DNA of 60,671 bases from an uncultured Actinomycetes bacterium (GCA_903832395.1 CAILBF010000149.1:1-60671); one strand, 5' to 3'. Positions 1 through 9,746 are shown, counted from the first letter of the stretch. A program made the numbers and translations. Notes: generated by a model from the sequence alone, not told the origin.

Positions 1-795
1 GTAAATAGCGGCGACCGAACTTGCACTCGTCTCTAAGCCAAGCCCTGATAAGCATTTATCTGCCATACCAAGTATGGGATTTCCTCCGATAATTGGTGAG
101 ATACCTACGACCGGAGCTTTTGATTCTTTCAATGCCGTTCGGACTCCTGGGATTCTAAGAATCATTCCAATAGAAACGATTGGATTACTAGGAGCAAATA
201 ATATGATGTCTGCTTTGTTAATTGCTTCCATTACTCCTGGAGCAGGGACTGCTGATTCGCAGCCGCTAAGTACAAAATCATTAGCGGCCAACTTCGCGCG
301 ATGGCGCACCCACCACTCCTGAAAATGCATCTGCGTCTTACCTTCAAAAGCTTCAACAAGCTGAACTTGTGTCTCAACGAAATCATTGGTCACGGGTAAT
401 ATTTTCTCATTAATTCCCCAAACGCGACATTGCTCGGCCACAATTTCATGAAGGGGCATGCCTTCAGATAATCGCATTGTTCTAAAAATATGAGTTGCCA
501 TATCCTTGTCGCCAAGATTAAACCAAGGATCTTCGCCCAAGTATTTAGCGAGTTCGCTCTGAAAGCTCCATGTCTCACCAGCTCGTCCCCAGCCGCGTAT
601 GGGATCAGAAATGCCACCCAAGTTATAAATAATCGAATCTAGGTCGGGACAAACACGCAGACCTCTAATTGTCAGATCGTCGCCGTTATTTACAATCAGA
701 GTTAATTTTGTATCTGGAATCAAACGTAAACCTTTGAGAAACTTTCCACCCCCGACTCCGCCGGCAAGTACGGTGATACGAATGGGGGTTTCCAC
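1..795 (-). CDS. cofD: 2-phospho-L-lactate/phosphoenolpyruvate transferase CofD/FbiA (F420 biosynthesis), 3' end truncated by the window edge
   Basis: Not in the ORF track. Manual translation from GTG at 795 gives VETPIRITVLAGGVGGGKFLKGLR...NNGDDL..GLRVCPDLDSIIY...WFNLGDKDMATH, which are the CofD motifs. Divergent from cofC. Confidence 0.92.
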   Translation of the reverse strand, partial: METPIRITVLAGGVGGGKFLKGLRLIPDTKLTLIVNNGDDLTIRGLRVCPDLDSIIYNLGGISDPIRGWGRAGETWSFQSELAKYLGEDPWFNLGDKDMATHIFRTMRLSEGMPLHEIVAEQCRVWGINEKILPVTNDFVETQVQLVEAFEGKTQMHFQEWWVRHRAKLAANDFVLSGCESAVPAPGVMEAINKADIILFAPSNPIVSIGMILRIPGVRTALKESKAPVVGISPIIGGNPILGMADKCLSGLGLETSASSVAAIY

Positions 796-801
796 AGCCT
801 A

Positions 802-813
802 ACTATATAGACT
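802..813. promoter_or_regulatory. Back-to-back -10 hexamers of a bidirectional leaderless promoter (cofD/cofC)
   Basis: TATAGT on the minus strand (802-807) is 6 nt from the cofD GTG. TAGACT on the plus strand (808-813) is 7 nt from the cofC GTG. There is no room for an RBS. Confidence 0.6.
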
Positions 814-820
814 TTAGAGC

Positions 821-1459
821 GTGGAAATGACTTCGAACCAAAGACCTCGTTGGAACATCCTGCTCCCAATCAAAGTTCTGACGAAGGGGAAATCTAGATT
901 CAAGACATTGTCTGATGAGGATAAAATCGAATTAATTAAGGCAATGGCGAATGACGTTATTGATGAATTAATACTCGTGCCTGCTATCGAGTTAATAACA
1001 ATAATTGGGATTGACCATCGTCGCTTGGGCGAACGAACCCAGGCCAAGATTCAATCAATTGTGCCTGATCCCGCACTGGGAATTAACATAGACATTCTGA
1101 GCCTTCACCGTGTCAGCGAACACACTGCTGTGCTCCTTCCGGATCTTCCATCACTAAAAGCTGATGAGGTTGCGTTAGCGCTCACTCTCGCGGGCAATCA
1201 CGACCAAAGTTTTATTTCCGACCGCAGTGGGCTCGGCACGACTATGTATCTCTCAACCAAAAAAGAGAGTTTTCATCCCCGCTTTGGTGCGCAATCTGCG
1301 CGTGAGTATGCAGAAAATAGTGCAGTTGAACTAACCAGTTCGGAATTTATTGGCATCAAACACGATTGCGATAATTTGAGCGACCTGCTGAATTTATCTT
1401 TGCCTACTCTGGGACCGGCTACTAGAGCCTTCGTTCAGCACTGGGATTTTCCTCAGTAG
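821..1459 (+). CDS. cofC: 2-phospho-L-lactate/PEP guanylyltransferase CofC/FbiD
   Basis: LLPIK..KGKSRF, LLPDLPSL, DRSGLGTT, PRFG..SA and HDCD motifs; F420 gene context. Confidence 0.88.
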   Translation: MEMTSNQRPRWNILLPIKVLTKGKSRFKTLSDEDKIELIKAMANDVIDELILVPAIELITIIGIDHRRLGERTQAKIQSIVPDPALGINIDILSLHRVSEHTAVLLPDLPSLKADEVALALTLAGNHDQSFISDRSGLGTTMYLSTKKESFHPRFGAQSAREYAENSAVELTSSEFIGIKHDCDNLSDLLNLSLPTLGPATRAFVQHWDFPQ

Positions 1460-1479
1460 ATGTGCCTTAGACTTCTTGC

Positions 1480-2181
1480 ATGACTGAATCACACGGAGAG
1501 CCTCAAGATCTCAATCTAGATAAAGTAACAATCGGAATAATCGGTGGGACTGGAGCACAAGGTACAGGTCTGGCTTATCGCTTGGCACGTGCCGGTTTCG
1601 GTGTTGTTCTTGGCTCTAGAGATGCCTCAAAAGCAGTGCTGGCCGCTGACTTGATAGGCCTAGGCGTCCGCGGGATGTCGAACCCAGAATGTGCATCCGC
1701 AACTGATGTTGTGATTATTGCAGTTCCATGGGATAGCCACCAAGAAACAATTTCTTCATTGACCGATCTGTTGATGGGCAAGATTGTCATCGACTGCGTC
1801 AACCCGATGGGCTTTGATTCCGCTGGTGCCTTCGTATTAGCCACTGAAGCTGGCAGTGCGGCGTTAGAAGCACAAATACTTTTGCCCGACAGTTTCGTTG
1901 TCAGCGCATTCAATCATGTTTCTGCAGTTGTGTTATCGGACGTAAACATCGATGAAGTTGAGATGGACATACTTATAACTGGAAATAACAAGAAGGCAAC
2001 AGATTTTTCCCAACTCCTTGTCGATCGCATCAAAGGGATGCGCGGAATTTATGCGGGCAAGTTGCGCAACTCAGGGCAAGTTGAAGCCTTAACTGCGAAT
2101 CTGATTTCTATAAATCGACGATACAAGATACATGCCGGAATTCGAATTACTGGTCTGGACAGTATTAATCTAAATCTCTAA
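1480..2181 (+). CDS. npdG: F420H2:NADP+ oxidoreductase
   Basis: GIIGGTGAQGTGLA, GSRD, AVPW, DCVNP, SAFNHVSA and VEALTANLISINRRYK..AGIRITG motifs. Confidence 0.93.
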   Translation: MTESHGEPQDLNLDKVTIGIIGGTGAQGTGLAYRLARAGFGVVLGSRDASKAVLAADLIGLGVRGMSNPECASATDVVIIAVPWDSHQETISSLTDLLMGKIVIDCVNPMGFDSAGAFVLATEAGSAALEAQILLPDSFVVSAFNHVSAVVLSDVNIDEVEMDILITGNNKKATDFSQLLVDRIKGMRGIYAGKLRNSGQVEALTANLISINRRYKIHAGIRITGLDSINLNL

Positions 2182-2192
2182 TAGACAAAAAG

Positions 2193-3281
2193 CTAAATCA
2201 TACTTGTAACTCGAGTAACAATTCGAGAATCTGAAGGCATCCATGTAACCCACACGCGGTCACCAACATTTACAGAGTCGGTCATCACAGATTCATCCAC
2301 CAAGAAACGTTTTGCTCCCACATCAACAACGACTCGACGATGACTTCCCAGATAGTTCATGTCAAAGACAACGCCAGAAAGCGAGTTAAAACCGCTTGAA
2401 ATTTGAGCATCTGCGGGAAGAATTTTGGTTCTCTCCGGTCTAATCACAATGAATGCCTCGCCGTCGGAGAGCTCCGTTTTGGGAAGAATAAACCGATTCC
2501 CTTCTCCGTCTGTAAAAACCTCTCCACCATTGATGATTTTCCCCTCAACGACGTTTGAGTCCCCTAAGAAGCGCGAGACGAATAAGGTCTCAGGTTTTTC
2601 GTATAACTCTTTAGCAGTTCCTATCTGTTCAATCCGTCCCTTGTTGAATACAACGATTCGATCAGACATTGCAAGTGCTTCTTCTTGATCATGAGTAACA
2701 AAGAGAAAAGTGACTCCAACTTCGCGATGAATTCGCTTGATCTCGGTTTGCAGATTTTCCCGCAACCTCTTATCAAGTGCCCCTAGTGGCTCATCAAGGA
2801 GCAATAATTTGGGGCGAAATATCAGAGCCCTAGCTAGCGCAACGCGTTGTTGTTGGCCTCCAGAAAGCTCTCGCGGGTAACGATTGGAGTATCCCTCTAG
2901 TCCTACGATTTCAAGTATCTCACCGACACGACGTTCAATCTCCACCTTCGGTACTCGGCGTTGGCGCAGTGCATAGGCAACGTTGGCCGATACGCGCATA
3001 TGCGGGAAGAGAGCGTAATTCTGAAACACGACTCCAATATTTCGGCGATATGGCGGGATGCCTCCAAGTGATTTTTCATCCATAAGAATCTCGCCTGAGT
3101 CGGCCTCAATAAATCCAGCAACTAGATTAAGTGTCGTTGTTTTTCCAGATCCACTTGGACCCAGGAGTGTCATAAACTCACCAGGTCTTACATCGAGATC
3201 TATGCCATCAAGTGCGACGCTGCTCGCATAACTCTTTGATAGTCCCGTTATTTTTAGGCTTGCGCCACCGCCATCAACCAT
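2193..3281 (-). CDS. Spermidine/putrescine-type (PotA-like) ABC transporter ATPase
   Basis: Walker [25 protein letters not shown] and a C-terminal TOBE-like region. Start moved to ATG 3281, which overlaps the upstream permease stop. Confidence 0.9.
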   Translation of the reverse strand: MVDGGGASLKITGLSKSYASSVALDGIDLDVRPGEFMTLLGPSGSGKTTTLNLVAGFIEADSGEILMDEKSLGGIPPYRRNIGVVFQNYALFPHMRVSANVAYALRQRRVPKVEIERRVGEILEIVGLEGYSNRYPRELSGGQQQRVALARALIFRPKLLLLDEPLGALDKRLRENLQTEIKRIHREVGVTFLFVTHDQEEALAMSDRIVVFNKGRIEQIGTAKELYEKPETLFVSRFLGDSNVVEGKIINGGEVFTDGEGNRFILPKTELSDGEAFIVIRPERTKILPADAQISSGFNSLSGVVFDMNYLGSHRRVVVDVGAKRFLVDESVMTDSVNVGDRVWVTWMPSDSRIVTRVTSMI

Positions 3282-4083
3282 TTGTGCCTGCCTTTTCACG
3301 GAAGTATGAGAGAACTCCAAACGTAGCTATTAATCCCGTTGCAAGAACGATAATAAGAGTTGCTGCTGCAGCTGCAGTGGGTTCGAATGAAGAAGTCACA
3401 GACATATAGATCTGTATTGGTAACGTTTTTAAATCTGGGCCAGTTAGAAAGAGTGAAACGATTGCCTCATCAAATGAAGTTAAGAAAGCGAAGAGCCCGC
3501 CAGCCAACACTCCAGGAAGAATTAGGGGAAGAGTGACTTTGGCGAAAGTAATTGCAGGTCGCGCACCCAGACTCTCCGAAGCCTTAATCATCTGCCAGTC
3601 AAAGGAGTTTAGAGAAGCGCTTACCGTTATCAGGACGATTGGAATTGCCATCACCGTGTGCGCGAGAATAAGTCCGAGGTAGGTCTCCGTGAGTTGCAAT
3701 CGAAGAAATACATAGTAAATTCCCATTGCAATAGCTGTACCCGGAACGACAAGCGGTGCCATCAATACGTTTTTCACTGGCGCGACCCATCGTCCTCGAG
3801 ATTTCGTGATCGCTAAAGCGGCCATCGTTCCAAGAGTCGTGGCCAAAAAAGCCACTGCCAAAGCGATAAGGAAGGAAGCTTTTGCAGCGCCAGTCCACAA
3901 TGGATCAGTGAAGAACTCTCGGTACCATCGAGTGGAGAGGCCTTTAGGTGGGAAGATAAAACTTTGTTTAGATGAAAAGCTAACCGGGACGACGACAAGC
4001 GTCGGTAGTAACATCAGAGTTCCGAGGATGCTGGCATATACAGCCAAAACTCGCTTGTTCGTAGAGCGTTCAGCGCTACTCAC
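3274..4083 (-). CDS. PotC-like ABC permease
   Basis: Hydrophobic; ASESLGA EAA loop; SFDE and TLP motifs. Start moved to GTG 4083, which overlaps the upstream stop. Confidence 0.88.
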   Translation of the reverse strand: MSSAERSTNKRVLAVYASILGTLMLLPTLVVVPVSFSSKQSFIFPPKGLSTRWYREFFTDPLWTGAAKASFLIALAVAFLATTLGTMAALAITKSRGRWVAPVKNVLMAPLVVPGTAIAMGIYYVFLRLQLTETYLGLILAHTVMAIPIVLITVSASLNSFDWQMIKASESLGARPAITFAKVTLPLILPGVLAGGLFAFLTSFDEAIVSLFLTGPDLKTLPIQIYMSVTSSFEPTAAAAATLIIVLATGLIATFGVLSYFREKAGTNG

Positions 4084-4993
4084 TTTCGCCCCCAATGCCA
4101 AGACTCTTTGTGAGTCCTTTCGTAAAGAGAGCAACAATTCCGAGGATACCTAGCGCCAGGATAAGTAGGACAAGTGCCATTGCACCGGCGCGACCGAAGG
4201 CTAGTACGCGTTGGATCTGAACAACGATCTGTTGTGAGATTAAAGAATTTCTGGTGCTTCCAAGAAATGCTGGTGTGAAATAAAATCCCAGCATGAACAC
4301 AAAGACTAAGGTTCCACCTGCGAGCATGCCCGGTGTAGCTAAAGGCAGGTAAATTCGTATGAAAGCCGAGCTTGGTCTTGCACCAAGGCTCTCAGCTGCA
4401 GTCATGAGTCGACGATCAATCGATGAAAGTGAGGCATAAAGCGGCAGAATTAAGAAGGGTAGCAAGACCTGGATAGAGCCGATTGCTACGCCCCATGTTG
4501 TGCCGAGAATGTGGAGATCGCCTAACCCTATGGCAGTTAAAAACTTCGTGAGCGGCCCACTTGGTTGGAGCAGTATCACCCACGCATATAGACGAACAAT
4601 AAGACTCGTCCAGAAGGGAAGAAGAATTACAGCCAGCAAAACCAAACGCATTCTGGTTCCAACTAATGTCATGAGGTAGGCATAAGGAAAACCTAAGATA
4701 AGACAGATTACAGCGACCAATAAACTCACAACTAGAGTGCGTATGAGAATTGTTATTTGAACTTCATTTCCAAAAAACCATTTGTAGTTATCTAGCCCAT
4801 GATCACCCGGTAAGACGAAGTTGGTCAGGCTCTGTCGAAAGATTTCCAATAATGGATATACAAATATCGCTAATACCAAAAGCATCGGAAGTACGAGTAG
4901 CCAAATGTTGCGGTTACGAATGGCTGAAACCATGGGCGTCAGGCTCTTTAGCTTGCCACCCATGGTTTCAACTTTCACTCGAGAATTAGTCAC
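4076..4993 (-). CDS. PotB-like ABC permease
   Basis: LPFWTSLIVR.YAW, AAESLGA and LPL..PG motifs. Confidence 0.9.
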   Translation of the reverse strand: MTNSRVKVETMGGKLKSLTPMVSAIRNRNIWLLVLPMLLVLAIFVYPLLEIFRQSLTNFVLPGDHGLDNYKWFFGNEVQITILIRTLVVSLLVAVICLILGFPYAYLMTLVGTRMRLVLLAVILLPFWTSLIVRLYAWVILLQPSGPLTKFLTAIGLGDLHILGTTWGVAIGSIQVLLPFLILPLYASLSSIDRRLMTAAESLGARPSSAFIRIYLPLATPGMLAGGTLVFVFMLGFYFTPAFLGSTRNSLISQQIVVQIQRVLAFGRAGAMALVLLILALGILGIVALFTKGLTKSLGIGGESE

Positions 4994-5028
4994 CTCTTAC
5001 TACACAACCTTATTTAAACCACGACAGG

Positions 5029-6084
5029 TTATCCAGAAGTCAACTTAGTCCATTGATCGGCGATGTTTGCCGCGTCGTTGGTTAGATATTTCATATCCCA
5101 CAGCAGGTTAGTTCCAATCTTGCTCTTGTTATTCTCTGGAATAAAAGGCTTGAAAGCACTAGGCATACCGGTCACTGCGGTCTTAGTCGTTGTTGAGTAA
5201 GGCTGTAGCTTGTAGTAAGGATTCTGGCCAGCTGACGTAGCAATATACTGCAAGAAAGACCACTGCGCTGTTGGATTCTTAGATCCCTTAATGGCGTAGA
5301 GTTGATCCCATCCAGTTGAAACCTTATCCCAAACAACGCCAATTTTGGCGCCATTCTGAGCTGAAAGGCCGGCTCGACCTAAGAAGCACAAGCACATGGA
5401 GAAATTACCGGACTCCATAGCTTGGGAGGCCTCATCAAGCGAGTTCTGGAAAGTCAAGTTACTTCCTAGACCCTTAACAACAGTATTGAGTCTGGTCCAA
5501 TCGAGTGGATACACTTTGCTAGGTGATACACCATCGGCCATCAAGAGCAACTCAGCTGCGCCAACCCAATAGTTGAAGGCAAGTCGTTGTCCTGGGAACT
5601 TGTTTAAGTCAAGAAAGTCAGTTATTGCAGTTGGTGGATTGCTTCCGAACTTTGCCTTGTTATAAACAAGTGCAACTGTCTGACCCATTACAGGCACACC
5701 GCAAGCATCAACAATATATTTAGGGTTGATTTCACTCATATCAAAACCTGCTGGGCGCTTGGTATAAAGCGTCCCACATGCCGCAGAGGCCTCAGGTGGA
5801 TCAAGATCAATAATGTCCCACGTTGTCTTGCCGGCTTCAACCATTGCTTTGACCTTGGCTGGGTTAGATGGAGAATCGGTTTTAAAAGTTACACCAGTCT
5901 TCTTCGTGAAGGGTTTTAGCCAACCAGCGATTTGCTTATCTTGACCGGCACCGCCCCAAGCTACGAAAGTAAGACTTCCTGATAACTTCTTACTTGTCGC
6001 TGCCCCAGCTGAAACAGCCGTCATTGAGAGAACAAGGGTTGCTGCCACGGAGATTACTAAAAACTTCTTTGTCTTTGTATTCAC
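5029..6084 (-). CDS. Polyamine/amine-type ABC substrate-binding protein
   Basis: Signal peptide ending AGA-A; WGG, KVKAMVEAG..WD motifs; first gene of the Pot-like operon. Confidence 0.85.
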   Translation of the reverse strand: MNTKTKKFLVISVAATLVLSMTAVSAGAATSKKLSGSLTFVAWGGAGQDKQIAGWLKPFTKKTGVTFKTDSPSNPAKVKAMVEAGKTTWDIIDLDPPEASAACGTLYTKRPAGFDMSEINPKYIVDACGVPVMGQTVALVYNKAKFGSNPPTAITDFLDLNKFPGQRLAFNYWVGAAELLLMADGVSPSKVYPLDWTRLNTVVKGLGSNLTFQNSLDEASQAMESGNFSMCLCFLGRAGLSAQNGAKIGVVWDKVSTGWDQLYAIKGSKNPTAQWSFLQYIATSAGQNPYYKLQPYSTTTKTAVTGMPSAFKPFIPENNKSKIGTNLLWDMKYLTNDAANIADQWTKLTSG

Positions 6085-6247
6085 GAATCACCTTTCTAAG
6101 TTAAAAGCCATTGACAAGATCAATGGCACCTTTCCCCAACAGGTACGATACCTGGTCGAGATTTGCAAGTATTGTGACGAAAATCTCTTTGCGCTATTGG
6201 ATAAGTGATTATGGTTTTTACTTTGAGTTGGTCTCCATCACAACACT

Positions 6248-6625
6248 CTAAGAAATTTCTGGAAGCCGAAGACCGTAGAAAACAACCAACTGGTCAATGC
6301 GTCCATCAGCGGCAAAATGAACAACTTCTGCCCCTTCAAAGGAATCGCCAGACGTCTTTTCCCAAGCTCGCCATTCAAATCGGGCCCATCCGCTTGTGAC
6401 CTCTATGTAACTGATGCGCTCCACGGCAACAGCAGAAGCTCCATCCTGGTAACCATTTATCCACTCTGCAATCTCATCCCAACCTCGGAAAATCGCCTTC
6501 GACCCATAGACGATGGCGTCCTCTGTGTAGACCTGGCGAATTAAGCCCAATCTCTCTTCCTTCGGGGCTGGCCACAGACCAACTTCACGATCAACGGCTT
6601 CTTGCGGTGTGAGTGTGTTCTTCAT
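6248..6625 (-). CDS. SnoaL/NTF2-like protein
   Basis: R..LI.QVYTEDA, G.DEI and G.EVVHF..DGRI..L..FYG pattern. Start refined to ATG 6625 (probably leaderless, since the upstream extension covers a regulatory box). Confidence 0.7.
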   Translation of the reverse strand: MKNTLTPQEAVDREVGLWPAPKEERLGLIRQVYTEDAIVYGSKAIFRGWDEIAEWINGYQDGASAVAVERISYIEVTSGWARFEWRAWEKTSGDSFEGAEVVHFAADGRIDQLVVFYGLRLPEIS

Positions 6626-6660
6626 AGCCGAATCATTCTGGGCCCGATGTTCTATATCTA

Positions 6661-6706
6661 TCGTGCTAGCGAACAAAACTAACCTTATCCTCGGTTCTAA
6701 GGACTA
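6661..6706. promoter_or_regulatory. Paired putative PucR boxes upstream of the SnoaL-like gene
   Basis: TCGT-GCTAGCGA-ACAA (6661-6676) and TCGG-TTCTAAGG-ACTA (6691-6706). Confidence 0.55.
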
Positions 6707-6742
6707 CGTAACGATGGGGCTCTCTCTAGATTCGATTTGCTC

Positions 6743-7957
6743 TCATGAAAGATCAGAGCCAGTTTCAATAATTGGAAGGTTAATTCGGGCAAGAATACGA
6801 TCCGACCGGACGAGAAGAGCGGCAATAAGCAATAAGCAGACACCAAATATTACGCACGCCGATTTGAGTCCAGTACCCGTGACGACCAGACCCATTACTA
6901 CTGGAACTAGGGAGTACGTTGTCGCCCAAATTGCATTACCTAATCCAGTGATTGTTCCCAAACCTGAGCCAGTTGCATACGCCCCAAGCGTGCCCTGGGT
7001 GTAGGCAATGACACCAAAGGTTGGCTGTAGCGTGCCTCGGATCAAGCTGATGAACCATCCAGCTAGCCAACCTGCAAGAAACATCGGTGTCGCAAAAGCG
7101 ACGGCCACAAAAATAAGACCACCCGCCGAAAACATAGGGCGGAGTAAGCGAGGGCGCTTCCGAACAAATAGGGCCGATCCAATTCCGAGAAGTGAGCCCA
7201 AGGAAAAAGCAAATCCTATGGTTGTTGATGATTCCCCACTTGCGGCGAACACGAGCGGGGCTAGAAGGATCGCACCTCCGCTAAGAAAGCCGGCAACTGC
7301 ATTAGTGACCATTGCGCTGCGCAGTAATGGCGAACTAAAAATGATGCGTGCATCTTTTCGCATTGACCCTGCATACGGAGTTGAAGCGGTATGCGGAGCG
7401 AACCATAAGACCACTGTCAGAACTAAAGAGATGATGGCGACTAGAACAAATGGAAGCCAGATTCCAACGTGCTGCGCCAAAAGCCCAACCGATGTCGGAC
7501 CTATTACAAATGCCGCACCCGCAATCGCAGGAATCATCGCAGTCGCACGCGCGCGCTCTAAATCTGTGCGTCCCGTTGAGGCGGCACCAGTAACAACTGC
7601 AGTTCCGATAAGTGCATATGCCATTCCGTTTATCAAACGTCCTAACAGCAAAACCAACAATGTCGTCGCCACCAACTGCACTAGTGCGCCAAACATGAGC
7701 AATACACCTCCGGCGATAGCTGCAATTTTCCAGCCGGATCTATCGGTTAACGGTCCAAGCCACAAAGAAGCAAAAATCATGACGAAGGGAGTCGCGCCTA
7801 CGAGAACTCCAAGCTCCAACGGCGTGAGTCCCAATTGGCTGCGAAACGTAGGGAGCAATGGAACGATTAAAACATCTGCGATAGCAGCAATGGCCATAAG
7901 GCCATAGAGCGAAAAGCGCGCAACATGAACAAAGTGCAGATTGGGCGATTGCGTCAA
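6743..7957 (-). CDS. MFS transporter
   Basis: About 12 hydrophobic segments; motif A GPLTDRSGWK; LGRLING. Start uncertain: TTG 7957 follows GAGGG, while the track start is 7996. Confidence 0.85.
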   Translation of the reverse strand: MTQSPNLHFVHVARFSLYGLMAIAAIADVLIVPLLPTFRSQLGLTPLELGVLVGATPFVMIFASLWLGPLTDRSGWKIAAIAGGVLLMFGALVQLVATTLLVLLLGRLINGMAYALIGTAVVTGAASTGRTDLERARATAMIPAIAGAAFVIGPTSVGLLAQHVGIWLPFVLVAIISLVLTVVLWFAPHTASTPYAGSMRKDARIIFSSPLLRSAMVTNAVAGFLSGGAILLAPLVFAASGESSTTIGFAFSLGSLLGIGSALFVRKRPRLLRPMFSAGGLIFVAVAFATPMFLAGWLAGWFISLIRGTLQPTFGVIAYTQGTLGAYATGSGLGTITGLGNAIWATTYSLVPVVMGLVVTGTGLKSACVIFGVCLLLIAALLVRSDRILARINLPIIETGSDLS

Positions 7958-7973
7958 CTGCTCACCCTCTTCA

Positions 7974-8408
7974 TTAAATCTCTGATTGCGATCCAATTAC
8001 TGCCTGAAACATTGGAATGCTTTCACCTTGATGAGTGTTCACCACTATAAGTTCCAATGCCATATCGCAGTGAAGATCTGTAGGCACAGTGCCAATGATG
8101 GTTGAAACCATTACTGGTCCCTCCTCCAATTCAACAAGTGCTACTAGGTATGGAGTCTCAAATGCATCGGAGTAACTGTGGTGAATGACCGTCCACGACC
8201 AAAGTCGACCCCGACCACTGGCCTTCTCCCAGCGCACCGCGGTGCTCAGACATCCAGAACAGTTTGGACTAGTCGGCGGGTAACGCCAGGTTTCACAGTT
8301 ATCACAGACCTGCAGTCGAAGTTCACCTGCTTCAAGTCCGCTCCAGAATGGCTCTGACAACGGTGTGCTCGATGGCATTGGTACGGCAGAAGAATCTAAG
8401 TAACTCAT
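7974..8408 (-). CDS. DUF35 Zn-ribbon/OB-fold acyl-CoA-binding protein (ChsH2 C-terminal-like)
   Basis: PFW.G, CDNC..YPP..CSGC, SGRG.LWSWTV and PY.VALVELEEG motifs; overlaps the thiolase-like gene stop. Confidence 0.9.
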   Translation of the reverse strand: MSYLDSSAVPMPSSTPLSEPFWSGLEAGELRLQVCDNCETWRYPPTSPNCSGCLSTAVRWEKASGRGRLWSWTVIHHSYSDAFETPYLVALVELEEGPVMVSTIIGTVPTDLHCDMALELIVVNTHQGESIPMFQAVIGSQSEI

Positions 8409-9574
8409 CGACGAAACACCGCCCCTCCGGAAACATTGCTCGAATTCATAAATGCCGCCGTCTCAATGTTGGGTAGCTGGCGATCACCTGCTTCCCCACG
8501 CAGTTGCACAACAATTTCAGCAATGTGGTTCATACCCTGGAGATAGACCTCAGAGGTATGACCTCCGCTTGTATTCATTGGGAGGGATCCGTTAAAAGTT
8601 ATTTCACCGTTCATAATAAATTCGGCGGCCCCACCTCGAGGACGGAAGTTATAGCCTTCAAGTGCGAAGACTGCTGAGGTCGTAAAGTTGTCGTAGATAC
8701 CGACCGTATCAATGTCAGATTGTTTTATTGCACCGCTAAATATCTGCTCGGCAACTTGCGCCGACGATGCGTAATAACAATCAGGCATCGAATAATAAGG
8801 ACCTACGTTTGCACTCATAGCAGCATCATGAACTATCACTGGGCGCTGTTCTGGTTTGGTCGCTGATGAATCAGTTAAAATTATTGCGACAGCGCCATCA
8901 CAGTTGGTGCAGTAATCAAGAAGTCGAAGTGGATCGGCAATCATTCGCGATGCACCATACTCTTCAAGAGTTAAAGGCTTACGGAAAATTGCATGTGGGT
9001 TGCGCACGGCATTGGCACGATTAGATACAGCTACATGACCTAAGACCTCGCGCGGAGTTGCAAACTCATGTTGGTGACGTCCAAACATCATCGCATGGTG
9101 AGATCCCAACCCTGCAAGACCAAACATCGCCTCATAGGCCTCACTGCCCGATGCCGATCCAGTCATGTCCCATTGGGTGTCGACTGAACGATTGTTGAAG
9201 GCAATAACAAGGGCAATAGTTGTTGCAGCGCCGGTTGCTATCGCTTGCGCCGCGTGGTTTAGGGCACCGCCTATCCATCGTCCACCACCTTCATATTGCA
9301 TGACATAAGGAATCAACTCGAGGCCAGCTCGCTGGGCAACTGCGTCGTAAGGCACGGTCATTGTCATCAGGCCATCGAGCTCCTTAGCTGCAAGGCCGGC
9401 ATCGGCGAGCGCTAGGGTCAGCGCCTCAACCGCCAAATCAACACTGGAGCGAAATGGATCTGGAATGCGCAACTTCTCATGCTCGGTCGAGCCGAGTCCG
9501 ACGATCGCAATTCGATCTCGGGTTATCGCGCGCGAGGCAGGGCCACGGCGAGAACTGAGGGAATCCTGAGGCAT
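8405..9574 (-). CDS. SCP2/Ltp-type thiolase-superfamily protein (Ltp2-like aldolase)
   Basis: NP.A, I.DPL.LLDYC..DGA, YDNFT and NTSGG..SEVY..GMNH motifs; no N-terminal nucleophilic Cys. Confidence 0.82.
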   Translation of the reverse strand: MPQDSLSSRRGPASRAITRDRIAIVGLGSTEHEKLRIPDPFRSSVDLAVEALTLALADAGLAAKELDGLMTMTVPYDAVAQRAGLELIPYVMQYEGGGRWIGGALNHAAQAIATGAATTIALVIAFNNRSVDTQWDMTGSASGSEAYEAMFGLAGLGSHHAMMFGRHQHEFATPREVLGHVAVSNRANAVRNPHAIFRKPLTLEEYGASRMIADPLRLLDYCTNCDGAVAIILTDSSATKPEQRPVIVHDAAMSANVGPYYSMPDCYYASSAQVAEQIFSGAIKQSDIDTVGIYDNFTTSAVFALEGYNFRPRGGAAEFIMNGEITFNGSLPMNTSGGHTSEVYLQGMNHIAEIVVQLRGEAGDRQLPNIETAAFMNSSNVSGGAVFRR

Positions 9575-9702
9575 TACTTTCCCCTTCTGATTACTATTCG
9601 GTTAAAGAAACAATAAAGGTAGTGAGGAATATTTACTGCCGAGTCGTTCGTGCGGTGAAACTGCATGAATGGCAGTCTAATTACGGAATTTCGCCCGCAA
9701 TA

Positions 9703-9746
9703 TCGTCTATAGACCCAATCTCCATAGCCATTATTGAACTTCACAA
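9703..9746. promoter_or_regulatory. Paired putative PucR boxes for the thiolase-DUF35-MFS operon
   Basis: TCGT-CTATAGAC-CCAA (9703-9718) and TTAT-TGAACTTC-ACAA (9731-9746). A minus-strand -10 (TAGACT, 9674-9679) lies 23 nt away. Confidence 0.5.

Noticed and set aside
74-617. Track ORFs 74..322 and 390..617
   Set aside because: They overlap the real cofD frame, which the track missed because it runs off the window edge
6172-6212. Possible PucR boxes upstream of the Pot-like ABC operon
   Set aside because: Only half-sites (TTGT, TTGG) match and the spacing differs from the other promoters; not counted
7008-7907. 299-aa plus-strand ORF
   Set aside because: Antisense shadow of the MFS gene; no recognisable motifs
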